DNA of 64,000 nucleotides from a virus (taxonomy: Duplodnaviria; Caudoviricetes), in the IMG/VR virus record IMGVR_UViG_3300037808_002146; one strand, 5' to 3'. Position 1 is the first letter of the stretch. Each line of letters begins with the position of its first letter. The translations under genes were made by a program, and so were the position numbers. Below, piece after piece: positions 9,440-20,800 of the stretch. The notes below the pieces were generated by a model, which did not search any database, was not told the origin of the DNA, and saw only the letters and a program-made list of their open reading frames with translations.

Positions 9440-12400
9440 TTATGCGTAAACAATTACCTGGATTACATCGTCTGCAACAAGATCACCCGAAGATGTCCAT
9501 GTTAGCTGACGGTCGGTGCTTGTTAAGTTAACGTCTGTATTTGATGCGCCAGAAGCACCAAGAAGTTGAAGTTGACCATTTAAGTAAACAAGCGTTTTTG
9601 CAATTGTGCCGCTACTACCACCAAAGTCTGTAGCTGATGATCCCGAAGGACTATGATCACCACCAACCATAGTAAAACTCTGGCTGGAGTTCGAAATATC
9701 GCTCGAAGTCAACGTATGACGATAAATAGTCGGAGCAAGCGTTGCCCAAGTAGCTTTTGAACCGTTCCACTGAAGGAAAAATCCGGAAGTAGCTGTTGAA
9801 TCGCCAATTTGCGTAACGTGACCAGAACTATTACCCTTTAGAAGAGTAGTCGTTCCAAACGTGGTACCGATACCGAGTTCAAAGTCGTCTTCAGAATCAT
9901 CAAGACCCAATCGGACATCCATTGCATTACCATCAAACACGAGCATTGTATCTTCAGCACCAGCATCACCAATGACGAGTTTTGGATTAGTACCAGCGAT
10001 AACAACACCAGCGGCTGGCTGATGAATTCTCAACTGATCAGTTCCATCTTCATCATATTCAATCTTGGCATCATCACCTGAACCGAAGAATAGCGCCAAA
10101 TCGTCAACGATATGAAGACCCGTTGCCTTTACAGCAACCGAATCAACACCACCAGCTTCAAACGTAATTACGTCATCAGCGGAAGCGCGGATTGAAGTAT
10201 CATCATCGGCATCTAGGTCAATGCGGCCAGTTCCACCCATACTGATGCTACCCTGACCGTTAAGGTCAATAGCATCAACATATAGGTTTGCCCAAGCGAC
10301 AGCTGATGCTGCTGCTGTTATTGAACCACCAGCTTTAGCATCGGAAGGTGTTCCAGAGAACGTGCTTGCAGTACTTACATCATTTCTTGGATCACCAACA
10401 AAGCCCCAAGGGGTGCTTGAGGAAGGTCCCACTACAGATACGAATACTGCAGATCCACCGCTTAAGGTAAATGATACGGTTTGACCGGCAGATACTGAAA
10501 CTCCTGATAGTGCACCAGACCCAGAAAACCCAGAGCTAGTATAAGAACTTATACTTGATACTGAGCCTATAGACGTAGAGTGACCACTAACATTAGGCAT
10601 TGCGCAAATCGACATTGACGACCCAATGGAATAGTCAGACGTGACGACAAAGTAGAACGAACTGCTGCTGCCGTTAAGCGATAAGATAGTTCCTGCGGAT
10701 ATAGTACTACCACTGTACGAATTTGAAATAGTCAGTGTACCATTATAGGTACTAGAAAAAGAACTAAGACTGACCGATGAACCTATAGCTGTAGCTAAGC
10801 CAGAAGGAGCTGAGCCGGCTGAAGGAGCTGACAAACTCGATCCGAAAAGAACTGCATGATTGCCGGAAGCACTCATGGTAATCGACTGTGATGAAGTAAG
10901 GCCACTCGTAGATAAGGTCTGAGACCCGGCGCTATGCGAAGCATCAGATGCTGGAGATCCTAAGGAATCGTCGCTATCTGAACCTGGTAAAACATTGTTG
11001 CCAGCTGGATCAAGGATGATATCTCCTAGAGCTGCCAACTCAACGCTTGTAGTACCTGCCATGGTAAATCTAGCAGATTCTGTGCCACCATCACTTAAGA
11101 TAATGTCAGCGCCATCAGCATCAAGCGTAATGTCACCTTCGGAATCTAATGAAAGCGCACCTGCAGCAATAGTTATTGTACCACCGTTGTTTGCACTAAT
11201 GCCGTCAGCGTCATCACCAAATTTCAAGCCAACGTTCACTGGAATGTTGATGTTGGTTGTAGCTGTCAAGTCAATATCAGCGCCAGAAGCTAACGTTAAG
11301 TCAGTCCCGTTGCTAGTAATGTGCTCGCCTGAGCCAGCTGAACCAAATTCAAGCTTTTGAGAAGTGCCGTCGATAACAACATCTCCGCCTGCATCAAGAA
11401 TGATATCCGAAGAGCCGCCAGCAACAACTTCAACAGCTGCATTACCAGTTACAGTAAAGACAGACCCATTCATTGCGACATGGTTGTTAGCACTATCAAA
11501 TTCAACTTTGCTTAATAGCAAGTCATCATAAGAAGATACTGAACCAAACGAAGATGAAGTTGGGCCGGTTACTGAAACTCCTAATTGATAACGGGTACCG
11601 TTATAAAACAAGCCAGACTGTGCTGCAGTGTCTGCGCCACGAGTAAAGAGGATACCTCTATCACCGGTTAAGCTATAGCCACCGTCAGAACCAGAAACGC
11701 CAAGAGCGATAATTGAATCTTGGATCGACATATTTGCAGTATCAATTGTTGTAGTCGTGCCGTTTACATCTAAATTACCAGCGATAGTAACGTTAGAATC
11801 AAATGTAGCAGCTTCATCAACATTAAGTGTACCCTGAACGGTAGTCATTACACCTGACTTCGAAAGAGCGAGTGAAGTCCCAGCGGATGAACCAATAGAG
11901 ATAGCGGCAGAAGCATCAATAGCAACAGCACCACCGTCGGCGTCGATGTCGAATGAGGCTGCTCCCATCGTTGCAGCTCCAACAGCATCCAGAACCAATG
12001 TTCCAGCAGAGTCTAACTCGATTGCTAACGCGTTGACGTCAACTTTCGTTGATTCATCAGCGCCTATAGTAATGGTCTTTGCTACAGCCTCAGTACCAAG
12101 ATTAACCGCATCAGTACCGTCAGAGTCCAAGGTCAGACCACCAGCACCATCTATCACTAGTGCACCTGCAGATGTCGACCAAGTGGCCGCGGCCGCAGAT
12201 GTTAATGTAAGAGCACCAGCAGAAGTACTGAAGTTTGAAGCAGCATCTGAATCAATTGAAACGCCAGTTGCATCTAAAGTATATGCACCCTGAACATCAA
12301 CGTCCATAATACCAGCGTCAACATTCAGAATAGAACCAGCATCTTGGTTTGCGCTAATCACAATTGCATCACCCGCTACGTGAGCAGAAGTTAATGAAAT

Positions 12401-13003
12401 GTGCGAAGCTGCACCACTAGTGTCAACAGTAACAGCACCAGAAGCATCTAGGTCGAAAGCAGCTGAATCAACATCGAAAGCGACGTCAGCAGCAGTACCG
12501 ATACTGATGCTAGTAGCTGAATCAAGAGTTAATGCGCCCGATGCGTCAAGATCGAAAGTGGAAGAGTTAAAATCAACAGCAACATTAGCTGCTGTACCAA
12601 TGTTGATACCACCAGCACCGTCAAGTGATAGTGTACTATCTGCGTCAACATCTAGGGCTAAGCCCTTTACGGTGATGTTTGCGTTAGAAGCAGAAACTGT
12701 CAGGGCTGCCTGCGAAATTAAGTTATTAGCGTGGACTTGTCCCCACTCTTTTGTGGTAGATCCAAGGTTTGCTCCAGCATCAGAAACAGGCGTAATCGTT
12801 TGGCTAAATTCGCCCGCTGGGTTTTCGGAAAATGTAGCATCGCCGTGGATTCTTTTGATAGCGGATGCCATGTGACTCAAAACCGTGCTTAAATCACCAG
12901 CGCCAATATCAGCGCCAGCAGCTAGAGTGGTAGCATCATTGATCTGGCCAGATGAAGTACCGAGAGATCCGGTTAATTGAGATAGTCTTATTTGTGTAGC
13001 CAT
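9440..13003 (-). CDS. 1187-aa acidic Gly/Ala/Asp/Ser-rich fibre-like virion protein
   Basis: SD AAAGGAG. Beta-repeat motifs (DA.G repeats, WANLYVD, IGDAGAEDTMLVFDG) of the kind seen in phage fibres; C-terminal VYLNG module. Confidence 0.75.
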   Translation of the reverse strand: MATQIRLSQLTGSLGTSSGQINDATTLAAGADIGAGDLSTVLSHMASAIKRIHGDATFSENPAGEFSQTITPVSDAGANLGSTTKEWGQVHANNLISQAALTVSASNANITVKGLALDVDADSTLSLDGAGGINIGTAANVAVDFNSSTFDLDASGALTLDSATSISIGTAADVAFDVDSAAFDLDASGAVTVDTSGAASHISLTSAHVAGDAIVISANQDAGSILNVDAGIMDVDVQGAYTLDATGVSIDSDAASNFSTSAGALTLTSAAAATWSTSAGALVIDGAGGLTLDSDGTDAVNLGTEAVAKTITIGADESTKVDVNALAIELDSAGTLVLDAVGAATMGAASFDIDADGGAVAIDASAAISIGSSAGTSLALSKSGVMTTVQGTLNVDEAATFDSNVTIAGNLDVNGTTTTIDTANMSIQDSIIALGVSGSDGGYSLTGDRGILFTRGADTAAQSGLFYNGTRYQLGVSVTGPTSSSFGSVSSYDDLLLSKVEFDSANNHVAMNGSVFTVTGNAAVEVVAGGSSDIILDAGGDVVIDGTSQKLEFGSAGSGEHITSNGTDLTLASGADIDLTATTNINIPVNVGLKFGDDADGISANNGGTITIAAGALSLDSEGDITLDADGADIILSDGGTESARFTMAGTTSVELAALGDIILDPAGNNVLPGSDSDDSLGSPASDASHSAGSQTLSTSGLTSSQSITMSASGNHAVLFGSSLSAPSAGSAPSGLATAIGSSVSLSSFSSTYNGTLTISNSYSGSTISAGTILSLNGSSSSFYFVVTSDYSIGSSMSICAMPNVSGHSTSIGSVSSISSYTSSGFSGSGALSGVSVSAGQTVSFTLSGGSAVFVSVVGPSSSTPWGFVGDPRNDVSTASTFSGTPSDAKAGGSITAAASAVAWANLYVDAIDLNGQGSISMGGTGRIDLDADDDTSIRASADDVITFEAGGVDSVAVKATGLHIVDDLALFFGSGDDAKIEYDEDGTDQLRIHQPAAGVVIAGTNPKLVIGDAGAEDTMLVFDGNAMDVRLGLDDSEDDFELGIGTTFGTTTLLKGNSSGHVTQIGDSTATSGFFLQWNGSKATWATLAPTIYRHTLTSSDISNSSQSFTMVGGDHSPSGSSATDFGGSSGTIAKTLVYLNGQLQLLGASGASNTDVNLTSTDRQLTWTSSGDLVADDVIQVIVYA

Positions 13004-13031
13004 TATTTTCTCCTTTAGAATTTTTAAGGCC

Positions 13032-13062
13032 AGCTAGGAAATTCATACTATATTGCCTAGCT
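13032..13062. promoter_or_regulatory. Perfect 7-bp inverted repeat in the leader of the 1187-aa gene
   Basis: AGCTAGG (13032-13038), 17-nt loop, CCTAGCT (13056-13062). Confidence 0.45.
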
Positions 13063-13134
13063 TTTGACTAAAGTAAAGTGACTCTAATGAAATGTAATGA
13101 AATTAAAAGAAAAACAGAAGGAAAGGAACTTTTA

Positions 13135-13141
13135 TAAATAT
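13135..13141 (-). promoter_or_regulatory. Candidate late-promoter motif ATATTTA
   Basis: ATA-N-TTA instance in the 180-bp gap, 131 nt upstream of the ATG at 13003. Confidence 0.45.
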
Positions 13142-13183
13142 AACGAAAAAAACTTTTTAACCAACAAAAATAAACTAATTAAA

Positions 13184-13396
13184 CTAGTACATCAACTTTT
13201 TTAAATTTTTCAAATGAGTATCAAAAACGCAGTATTGTGATGAAATGTACTCAACAGCAAACGATTGTGCTTCGCCTTTGGGATTTTCGAAATCAAACTT
13301 AAATCTACCGCTAGCTTCTCTCGTCGCAGATAAAAGCTTTAGGCCCTTTAGCATTAAATAAGCGGCTATTGCAATATCTGATGTTGTATAATTCAT
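13184..13396 (-). CDS. 70-aa small protein, DUF5659-like
   Basis: Pattern T-S-D-I-A-I-A-A-Y-L...F-K-F-D-F...L-K-N-L-K-K-L-M-Y resembles DUF5659 (recalled, not searched). Confidence 0.6.
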   Translation of the reverse strand: MNYTTSDIAIAAYLMLKGLKLLSATREASGRFKFDFENPKGEAQSFAVEYISSQYCVFDTHLKNLKKLMY

Positions 13397-13427
13397 ATTT
13401 AGTTAAACCCTACCTCTATTCTAAGAA

Positions 13428-13434
13428 TAAGTAT
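13428..13434 (-). promoter_or_regulatory. Candidate late-promoter motif ATACTTA
   Basis: ATA-N-TTA instance overlapping the last base of the upstream stop, 31 nt before the ATG at 13396. Confidence 0.4.
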
Positions 13435-14885
13435 TACATTACGCTTATTATTACATTGTCGTCGGCCAAAAGATCGAAAGTAAAAACGACGTTATTAGTT
13501 GGTTGTATAATATAATCATTGTTAGAGCCACTAGTAAGTAAAACTCCGTTAACAAAAACATCTATTCTTTCCGGGTTATAGCCAACATTTAAAAAATTAT
13601 AACCTGAAGCTAGCGGACTTCCAGTAGACAGCGCAGAAGATATTGGAAGCATAATTTTTTTTCTTTTTATATCTAGATCAATAAAGCCAGCGGAGCCGGT
13701 TGTTAAAGTTAAAAATTCAGAGGTTCTCAAAACTCTCTCATTAGATAGAATATCATGAGCTTCGAAAGTTAAAAATGGTGCGTCTGCGGGCGCACCACCT
13801 CCAGATATAACTACATCCAATAAATCATCGTCTTGCACTGCAAAGGAAAACTTTAAAGAGCTAGGACCAGTTAGGTAGTAATCAGCTTGGGAGCTGGAAA
13901 CTTCGCTAGCCGATCCTGAGTGTAGAAGCATACCATTTAAAAAAACATCTATAGATTTAGGATCGTAATCTACAGTTGATAAGTCACTACTAGAAACTGA
14001 TACGTCCGTCATCCTATTGGCTGGACTCAACTCATATATGTCTTTATCCCTACCATTTCCGCTGCCCGTACCTCCGGAACTTCCAACTAACGTTTTTAAT
14101 TGAGTTAGCGTAATTTTTTTCGGATTGTTGCTATCGCTAGCGTCAGAGATAGCAATAGAATCTCCTAAATTTCCAGAGTTAGAATCCGCTGATAGGTTGT
14201 TTATATCTAAATTCAATGTTGCAGAACCTGAGTTAGCTCCGCCACCCATACCGGTGCCCGCTACAACAGCTGTAATGTCTCCGCTACCACCTCCAGAAGA
14301 TTCACTTAAATAATCTCCTACGTATAGGAAACATTCAACATACGTTGGATTTTGGGAATGATTCCCGGTACCAGGTGGGTCTTGTTGGAAAAATATACCA
14401 TTAAAATAATCTAAATTCCAATCGCGAGCATCGGCTACAGGAATGACTGTACCTGAGCCGAATGTGCCATAATAAGGCTTAGCTTCGTAGCTTGGCGAAA
14501 ACGAAGTTGGTATTAATTGTAAAGAACCAGAAGTTATGTTGATTGATTGGTTATTTAAATAGGGATAAGTACCTTTTTTAGAGTTACTCGAAGAACTTTC
14601 ATAGTCAGAAGGGAGTTTAATTTCAAATGCGTGACGGCCTGATGCAGTGTCTGTACCATTTATAAATGTAACTGGCAATCTCAAGAACTCAACGTTACCA
14701 GTTTTTGTGTATGGGCTCGAGCTAACCGGAGATGAGGTAATATCACTCGCAAATATAGTTGTTGTGCTAAGTGTTACTCCAGATGGTAACGCTTCGTTGA
14801 TCAAACCTTTTTCGTTAGAAGTATGCGCTTTTCCAGACAGCTTCTTAAGAGAAATAAGTCTTTCTGTTTGAGCGCTATATGCCAC
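13434..14885 (-). CDS. 483-aa fibre-associated virion protein (GTG start); N-terminal domain paralogous to the 2108-aa protein
   Basis: GGAG SD. Shares LKKLSGKAHTSNEK...DARDWNLDYFNG with 14908..21234 and has two IDVF(L/V)NG modules. Confidence 0.75.
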   Translation of the reverse strand: MAYSAQTERLISLKKLSGKAHTSNEKGLINEALPSGVTLSTTTIFASDITSSPVSSSPYTKTGNVEFLRLPVTFINGTDTASGRHAFEIKLPSDYESSSSNSKKGTYPYLNNQSINITSGSLQLIPTSFSPSYEAKPYYGTFGSGTVIPVADARDWNLDYFNGIFFQQDPPGTGNHSQNPTYVECFLYVGDYLSESSGGGSGDITAVVAGTGMGGGANSGSATLNLDINNLSADSNSGNLGDSIAISDASDSNNPKKITLTQLKTLVGSSGGTGSGNGRDKDIYELSPANRMTDVSVSSSDLSTVDYDPKSIDVFLNGMLLHSGSASEVSSSQADYYLTGPSSLKFSFAVQDDDLLDVVISGGGAPADAPFLTFEAHDILSNERVLRTSEFLTLTTGSAGFIDLDIKRKKIMLPISSALSTGSPLASGYNFLNVGYNPERIDVFVNGVLLTSGSNNDYIIQPTNNVVFTFDLLADDNVIISVM

Positions 14886-17800
14886 TTAGTTTCTCCAAAG
14901 TTTTAACTTATGACCAGCTAAAGGTAATGCTGCTTATATTACCTGTCCAAGTCTTATCTGCTACTATTTTAATTATAACGTAATCGTCGTCTCCCACACC
15001 TTGAACTCCAAATGTGCCTGTATTTGTAGCATTGAGACTTGAATCGAAAGATCCGGTAAAGCAACCATCATTATCAGCATATTGCCCGTTAGCGAAAGCT
15101 ACTGCCAAATCTAAGAACCCGGTAGAAGTAGATGTAGAAGTCTGGGGCAACTTTATAAAAACTCTAAATCGATTTCCCGATAGTGATGTTGAACTATTAA
15201 CTATAGTTCCTGTTCCGTTGATAACGATACTGAAATTGTATTTTGTAGCTCCGGTATTATTTTGAAAATATCTTACGTAATCCCTTGTTGCATTTGATAA
15301 AGAATTGTAATTGGGGTTTCCAGTTGGCGAAATAATATTGCTTGATCCGTTGTCAACTGTTCCTCTGAAGTCTCCCAATTGGCTAGCATGACCTGCTTTT
15401 TGAGGCGAAACTAGCTTATTGTTATAGATCATAAGCCCAGTATTATGACTAGCGGTACCTCCGTTTAGGCTCGTTTGGCTATTCCATGGGTAAACAAAAG
15501 AGCCACCCGTGTAGACATCTGATTGAGAGTCATAGTCATTGTTAATTCCAGCATTTGCTTTTTGTAACCTCTTTGATTCACCCTTAAAGTTTTCGACTAA
15601 GACAGTTGAATTATCGGCATCTGTAAATACTAACCACTGGACTGTAGATGTTGAAGATGTAGAACTATCTCCTGCCAACGGGTGATTAATACGGCCTTGG
15701 AGAGTTGCTATATGCGCTGTTTCCCCGGGCAAGGACGAAGATTGATCAAAAGTAAAAGATCCCGTAACATTTAATTGCAAATTATATGCTCCCGAAACCC
15801 CGGTACTTAGACTTGGCAGGCTTCTTGATGTTGAAGAAACTGAGCCATCTGCAATGCCGCCGCCGGCGCATGCTATAGAAGTTATAGTCGAATTTGTCGT
15901 TACTGGATAATCAATCGCATCTGCATCGGTGCTGTAAATATGCTTGTATATATCGGCAACTCGATACTTAAACTTAGCAGTTGGAGATACAAAATATTTG
16001 ATACCAGATAAGTTGTACGCACTACCAGTTTCTGCAAAGGTATCTATTGAAACTCCCGAGAAAGCTATTGTCCTCGAAGCATCGTCATTTACCCATTCAA
16101 CGTATGTAGATGCATGGTCAGTAGCGCTAATTGTATGAATAACTCTAGCGTAGTTCCAACCCGATCTTTGATCAGCTGTACCGACTTGATAACCACCAGT
16201 TCTATAAAATTTTGTAAAGTCTGGTAAACTACTGCTATCTAGGCCAGCTGTTGCAGCCAAAAGGCTTGAAAAGCCTGAACCATTAGAATTCAAGCTATTC
16301 CCTGATGTAAAAGATGCTAAGTTGACCGAGTGAATAACGCTGCCGTTAACTTCAAGTTTTAGCGTCCCCGTATTTGCCGATCCGCCGCCAAAAGCGTTGG
16401 CTGGATAAGCATTTCCGCTAGCGTTAGTTGTTTCGTTTATTTCGCCAGAGATAACAGTCGAACCGTTGAATACGCCTCTTCTAATTCCAGAAAGAGAATA
16501 AGCACCATTTGCGTTCACTTCTGAAGAACCCGCGGTTGTTTCTACATTATTGTATCCTGACTTTGTAAGAGTGTCACCGAATGATAGCTTACCATTAACG
16601 CCAGATTGATTCGAGTCAATATTTCCTACAGCGGGAGAAGCCGATACACTCCCAACAGCACCAAAACTAACTGCAAAGTTTTCTAAATAACCGCTCCAGT
16701 TTGAATCAGCTTCGATTCTTGCAACGATGAACTCATTTGTTCCAACCTCTACGGTTCCAAAAGATATGTTATTTGTCATTGAAGTTGAAGTATCAACGCT
16801 GCCAATTGCTCCGCCCGCTCCGTCTGTCGTGGTACCAAAACTAAAAGCATTTTTCGCATCTAGATAACCAGTTACATTTCCTGATCCATCTGAAGGCATT
16901 CTAAATGATAACTTGAAGTTTTTGTTTGTCCCAACAGAATCGCCAGCTCCAACCAGTGTTGCGTCGCCTGTTATTGTATAAGAAAAATCCCTAACTGAAG
17001 AGCCTGCGTTTTGAAATTTTCTATAATATACTCTAGTACCAGATATTCCGGAGTAATTTGGGTTGCCGGCAGGGCCATTAGCTAGAGAACCTCCATCGCC
17101 TGAGTTTCTAAAATCGCCAGTATTAAGTGTATTTTTTGGAGAGTATAATCTTTCTCTGTATACTTGCAATCCTGTATTGTGACCCGCATCGCCGCCGACC
17201 ATGGTTGTTGCTGAATTCCATGCATTGCCGCTAGCGGCATCCGATTGATTTGCGTAGCTTCCGGATATTATCCTATAGGTTTCGCTAACGAAAGGTTCAG
17301 AGGTGACAGTAGCTGACTCTGACACGTTATAAAGTAGTATACCAGCAGCAGAAGCTTGGCCGGCATTTGAGAGATTGGATTTAATAGGATGAGAAACGTT
17401 AACACCGGCTGTAATTGACCCGCCTAGTATATAATTTGCTGTTATATTATCAGTTTCATCAACAACTATTTGTTTGGTATGAGATTCACCACCGCCTGTG
17501 TTTATAGACGCTTTCGCGATACTGCTGATTGCGTACGATACTCCGGAGGTAGTTCCGGAATTTGACGTTGTAAAAGAAGTAGCGGTAGAATCATAGACAT
17601 ATTTATACGCATTCGTTACAGTAACTTGATATCGACCTGTACCACTGGCATTATAAGTTATTCCTGAGAGTCTATTAGTTCCAACTCCGGCATAAGCTAA
17701 AGAGTTTGAACCAGCCGCTAGGGCTGAAGAGTTGTTATCGTTAACCCACTCAATGTAATTCGTCGTAACAGTAGTACTTCCATTGTTATGCTTTACTCTA

Positions 17801-20800
17801 GCATAGTTCCACCCGTTTCTTTGAGATGCTGCAGCTACCTTAAATTGTCCTGTTCTGTGCTTAAAATTATCGAATGTAGTCCCATTATCGAATTGGCCAG
17901 AACTAGTAGCTGATATGTTTATAAACCCAGAGCCATCACCATCAACTTCGTTATCGGTACCCGATCCAGGAGAGCCGGTACCAGTTGAAGCTGAAGTTAA
18001 ACTCACTGTGTGGATAGTACTTCCATTAACCTCTAAGATTAGGGAGCCAAGCTGAGCATTTCCGAAAGAGTTTGCTGGATAGTTTGTCCTGCTAGACGGT
18101 GAGGTAACATCTGCGGCAATATCTTCGTTTAAATCACCGATAATATCGGTTGAACCATTAAAAACAGCTACCCTTAAGTTATTAGAACTTGTAGCTGTTG
18201 CGTAATCGCCATTAACATCAACAGCTGCAGCGATACCAGCAGAAGCTGCTACTGAGATATATGGTGGTGAAGCTGCTGATTGATCATTTGACGTACCAAA
18301 AGCTAGCTTAACATCTACACCATCAACATTTGAATCAATATCATCTAAATCTGGGGCTGGAGCTGGAACTAGCAGTTTAAGAATTTCATTAAAACGATCA
18401 ATAGGAGTACCTACCGCGGTTGAAGTTGTGAAATCTGTAAAGAGTCCGTCAGTATAATCTCCATCTTCTGCGGCGCCAATATTACCGCTACCGCTTCCAC
18501 CTGGAAGTTGGCTAGCTGCAACGTATTTGACATTACCATCGGTTATGTCTTGTACTAAGACTAAATCTCCGCTTGCGACAGTTATATTTCCACCGCCACT
18601 AGTGCCATCAGCAGCTGCTTTTATAATAGAATCAGCCCCTGCATAATCTACATTAATGACACCGGCCGATGCGCCTAGCCCAGTTCCTGCTGCTGATGAC
18701 ATTATATCTACAATTGATTCTTTCTTAGAAGCATTGCTATCATTAGCATCTATAATAGCTATTGAATCGTTAGCCATATCGACTGTAGCTGCTGTTAGCT
18801 CATTCAAATCTAGTTTCAAAGCATTCGAGGCGTAAGCTAGACCATCGCCGGCTGCATTTGCGTTAATCATCGAACCTTCGACAGCATTCGCTCCAATGGT
18901 GAGAGCTCCTCCGGCAGCGATTGTAGCATCGCCTGTAATGTTTCCAAATATCGCATCTTCTAGATTTGAGAACGTAATCTTTTTCTCTGTTCCATTATCA
19001 GAAAATATAAAATGATCTTGCGTCTGGTGCAATCCCGTGCCGCCCAAAGCGCTTAATTCATCAATATCAACAGATAAGACGCCGGCCGTGGCTACTAATC
19101 CAGAACCCGCTGTGGCAGTTATAATGTCAGCAATTGATTCTTTTTTGGATGAATTATCAGTTGCGTCAACGATCGCGATTGAGTCATTAGCCATATCAAC
19201 GTCTGCAGCTGATAATTCATTTAAGTCGACAGCCAAAGCTGAGCCACCGCCACCTGTCAACCCGCTGCCTGCGGCAGCTGCAGAGATTCTCAAATTGTCA
19301 GATCCATCATCTTCTAAACCAGTACCTGCAAAGTTTGCTGGTTCTACAGCTAATTCCGTAGAGTCTATCTTTATGCCTCCCGATGTTTTTAGATCTAAGC
19401 TGAATACTTTTCCTGTTAAATCAAGACCATCACCAGCAGAAAAAACGCCTGGGCCGGAAAATTGCGACCATGTGATTGCGGTAGTACCAACAGTGATTGT
19501 TCCATCGTTTGTGCAAACATAGCCTGTATCTCCATTTACAGTTCCCTGTTCGACGAAGACATGCGCTCCACCAGTTATATCTCCTTGGTCAGCATCATCA
19601 GCTCGAGTCAACGTTAGAGTAGCCCCATTGAGGGCTCCAACTGTATAAATACCATTCCACTTATTATGAACGCCAGCTGAGTTTGAGTTAACACCATCTT
19701 TGATTAAAACCCTGCTACCTGCAGTGACTGAAATTGCATCAATAGTTAGCGTGTCCGCTGTAGCATTGAAACCGCCTTCGCCGTCAGCCAAAACCAAAGT
19801 GGATCCTGAAGCTGTAGAAGCCATCGTAAATGAAGCTACTGTTGCTGCCATAACTGAATCTTTTGGATCTAGACCGGCAGCAACAGAATCTACGTAAGCT
19901 TTAATCGATTGTTGAGTTGCTAAGGAGGTAGAGCTATTTGATGCCATGTTATCTTCATCTAAAATGGCTATAGCAGCTGGACCTGCAGCACCTCCAGAAA
20001 CATTACCAATAACTTTCATATCAGCTAAGTTTGCCATTTTTGTTAGTGTAACGCCAGAATCTTTTAGCCTTAATGCATCAGAATTAATTTCAATGCCAGT
20101 ATCGTCAACGCCAACTGATAATACGCCCGACGTTGCTGCTAAGCCGGCTCCAGCCGCAGCGGTAATAACATCTGCAATTGACTCCTTTTTAGAAGAATTG
20201 TCCGTTGCATCAATGATTGCGATTGAGTCATTAGCTACGTCTACCGCTGCTGCGGTAAGCTCATTGAGATCAACTTTAAGAGCATTCGAAGCGTATACTA
20301 AACCATCACCAGCAGCATTTGCATTTATCATTGAACCTTCAACCGCGTTGCCGCCGATTGTTAGAGCACCGCCGGCAGCAATAGTAGCATCGCCGGTAAC
20401 ATTTCCAAATATTGCGTCTTCTAAATTAGAAAATGTGATCTTTTTCTCTGTTCCATTGTCAGAAAATATAAAGTGGTCTTGCGTTTGATGGAGGCTTGTA
20501 CCACCTAGGGCGGATAATCCATCGACGTCTAAATCTAAAGTAACGGCTCCTGAGCCTCCACCTCCGGATAAACCGGTTCCAGCCGTGACGCCTGTTATGT
20601 CACCCGTTTGAGAAACTATTGAGTCTAAAAAGTCTCCAATATACAAGTAAGCTTCAATATAATCTGGATTCTCAGCGTGTGCTCCAGTCCCAGGAGGATC
20701 CTGCTGAAAAAGTATACCATTGAAATAATCTAAATTCCAGTCTCGAGCATCTGCTACTGGAATTAGAGATCCACTCCCTATCGTTCCATAGTACGGCTTA

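Noticed and set aside
13133-13140. Exact T4 late promoter TATAAATA on the plus strand
   Set aside because: It points away from all genes and is simply the reverse complement of the minus-strand ATATTTA(TA) instance. Antisense activity cannot be excluded but has no support.
13004-13183. tRNA or other known ncRNA in the largest gap
   Set aside because: No cloverleaf or T-loop GTTC motif; the sequence is AT- and pyrimidine-rich.
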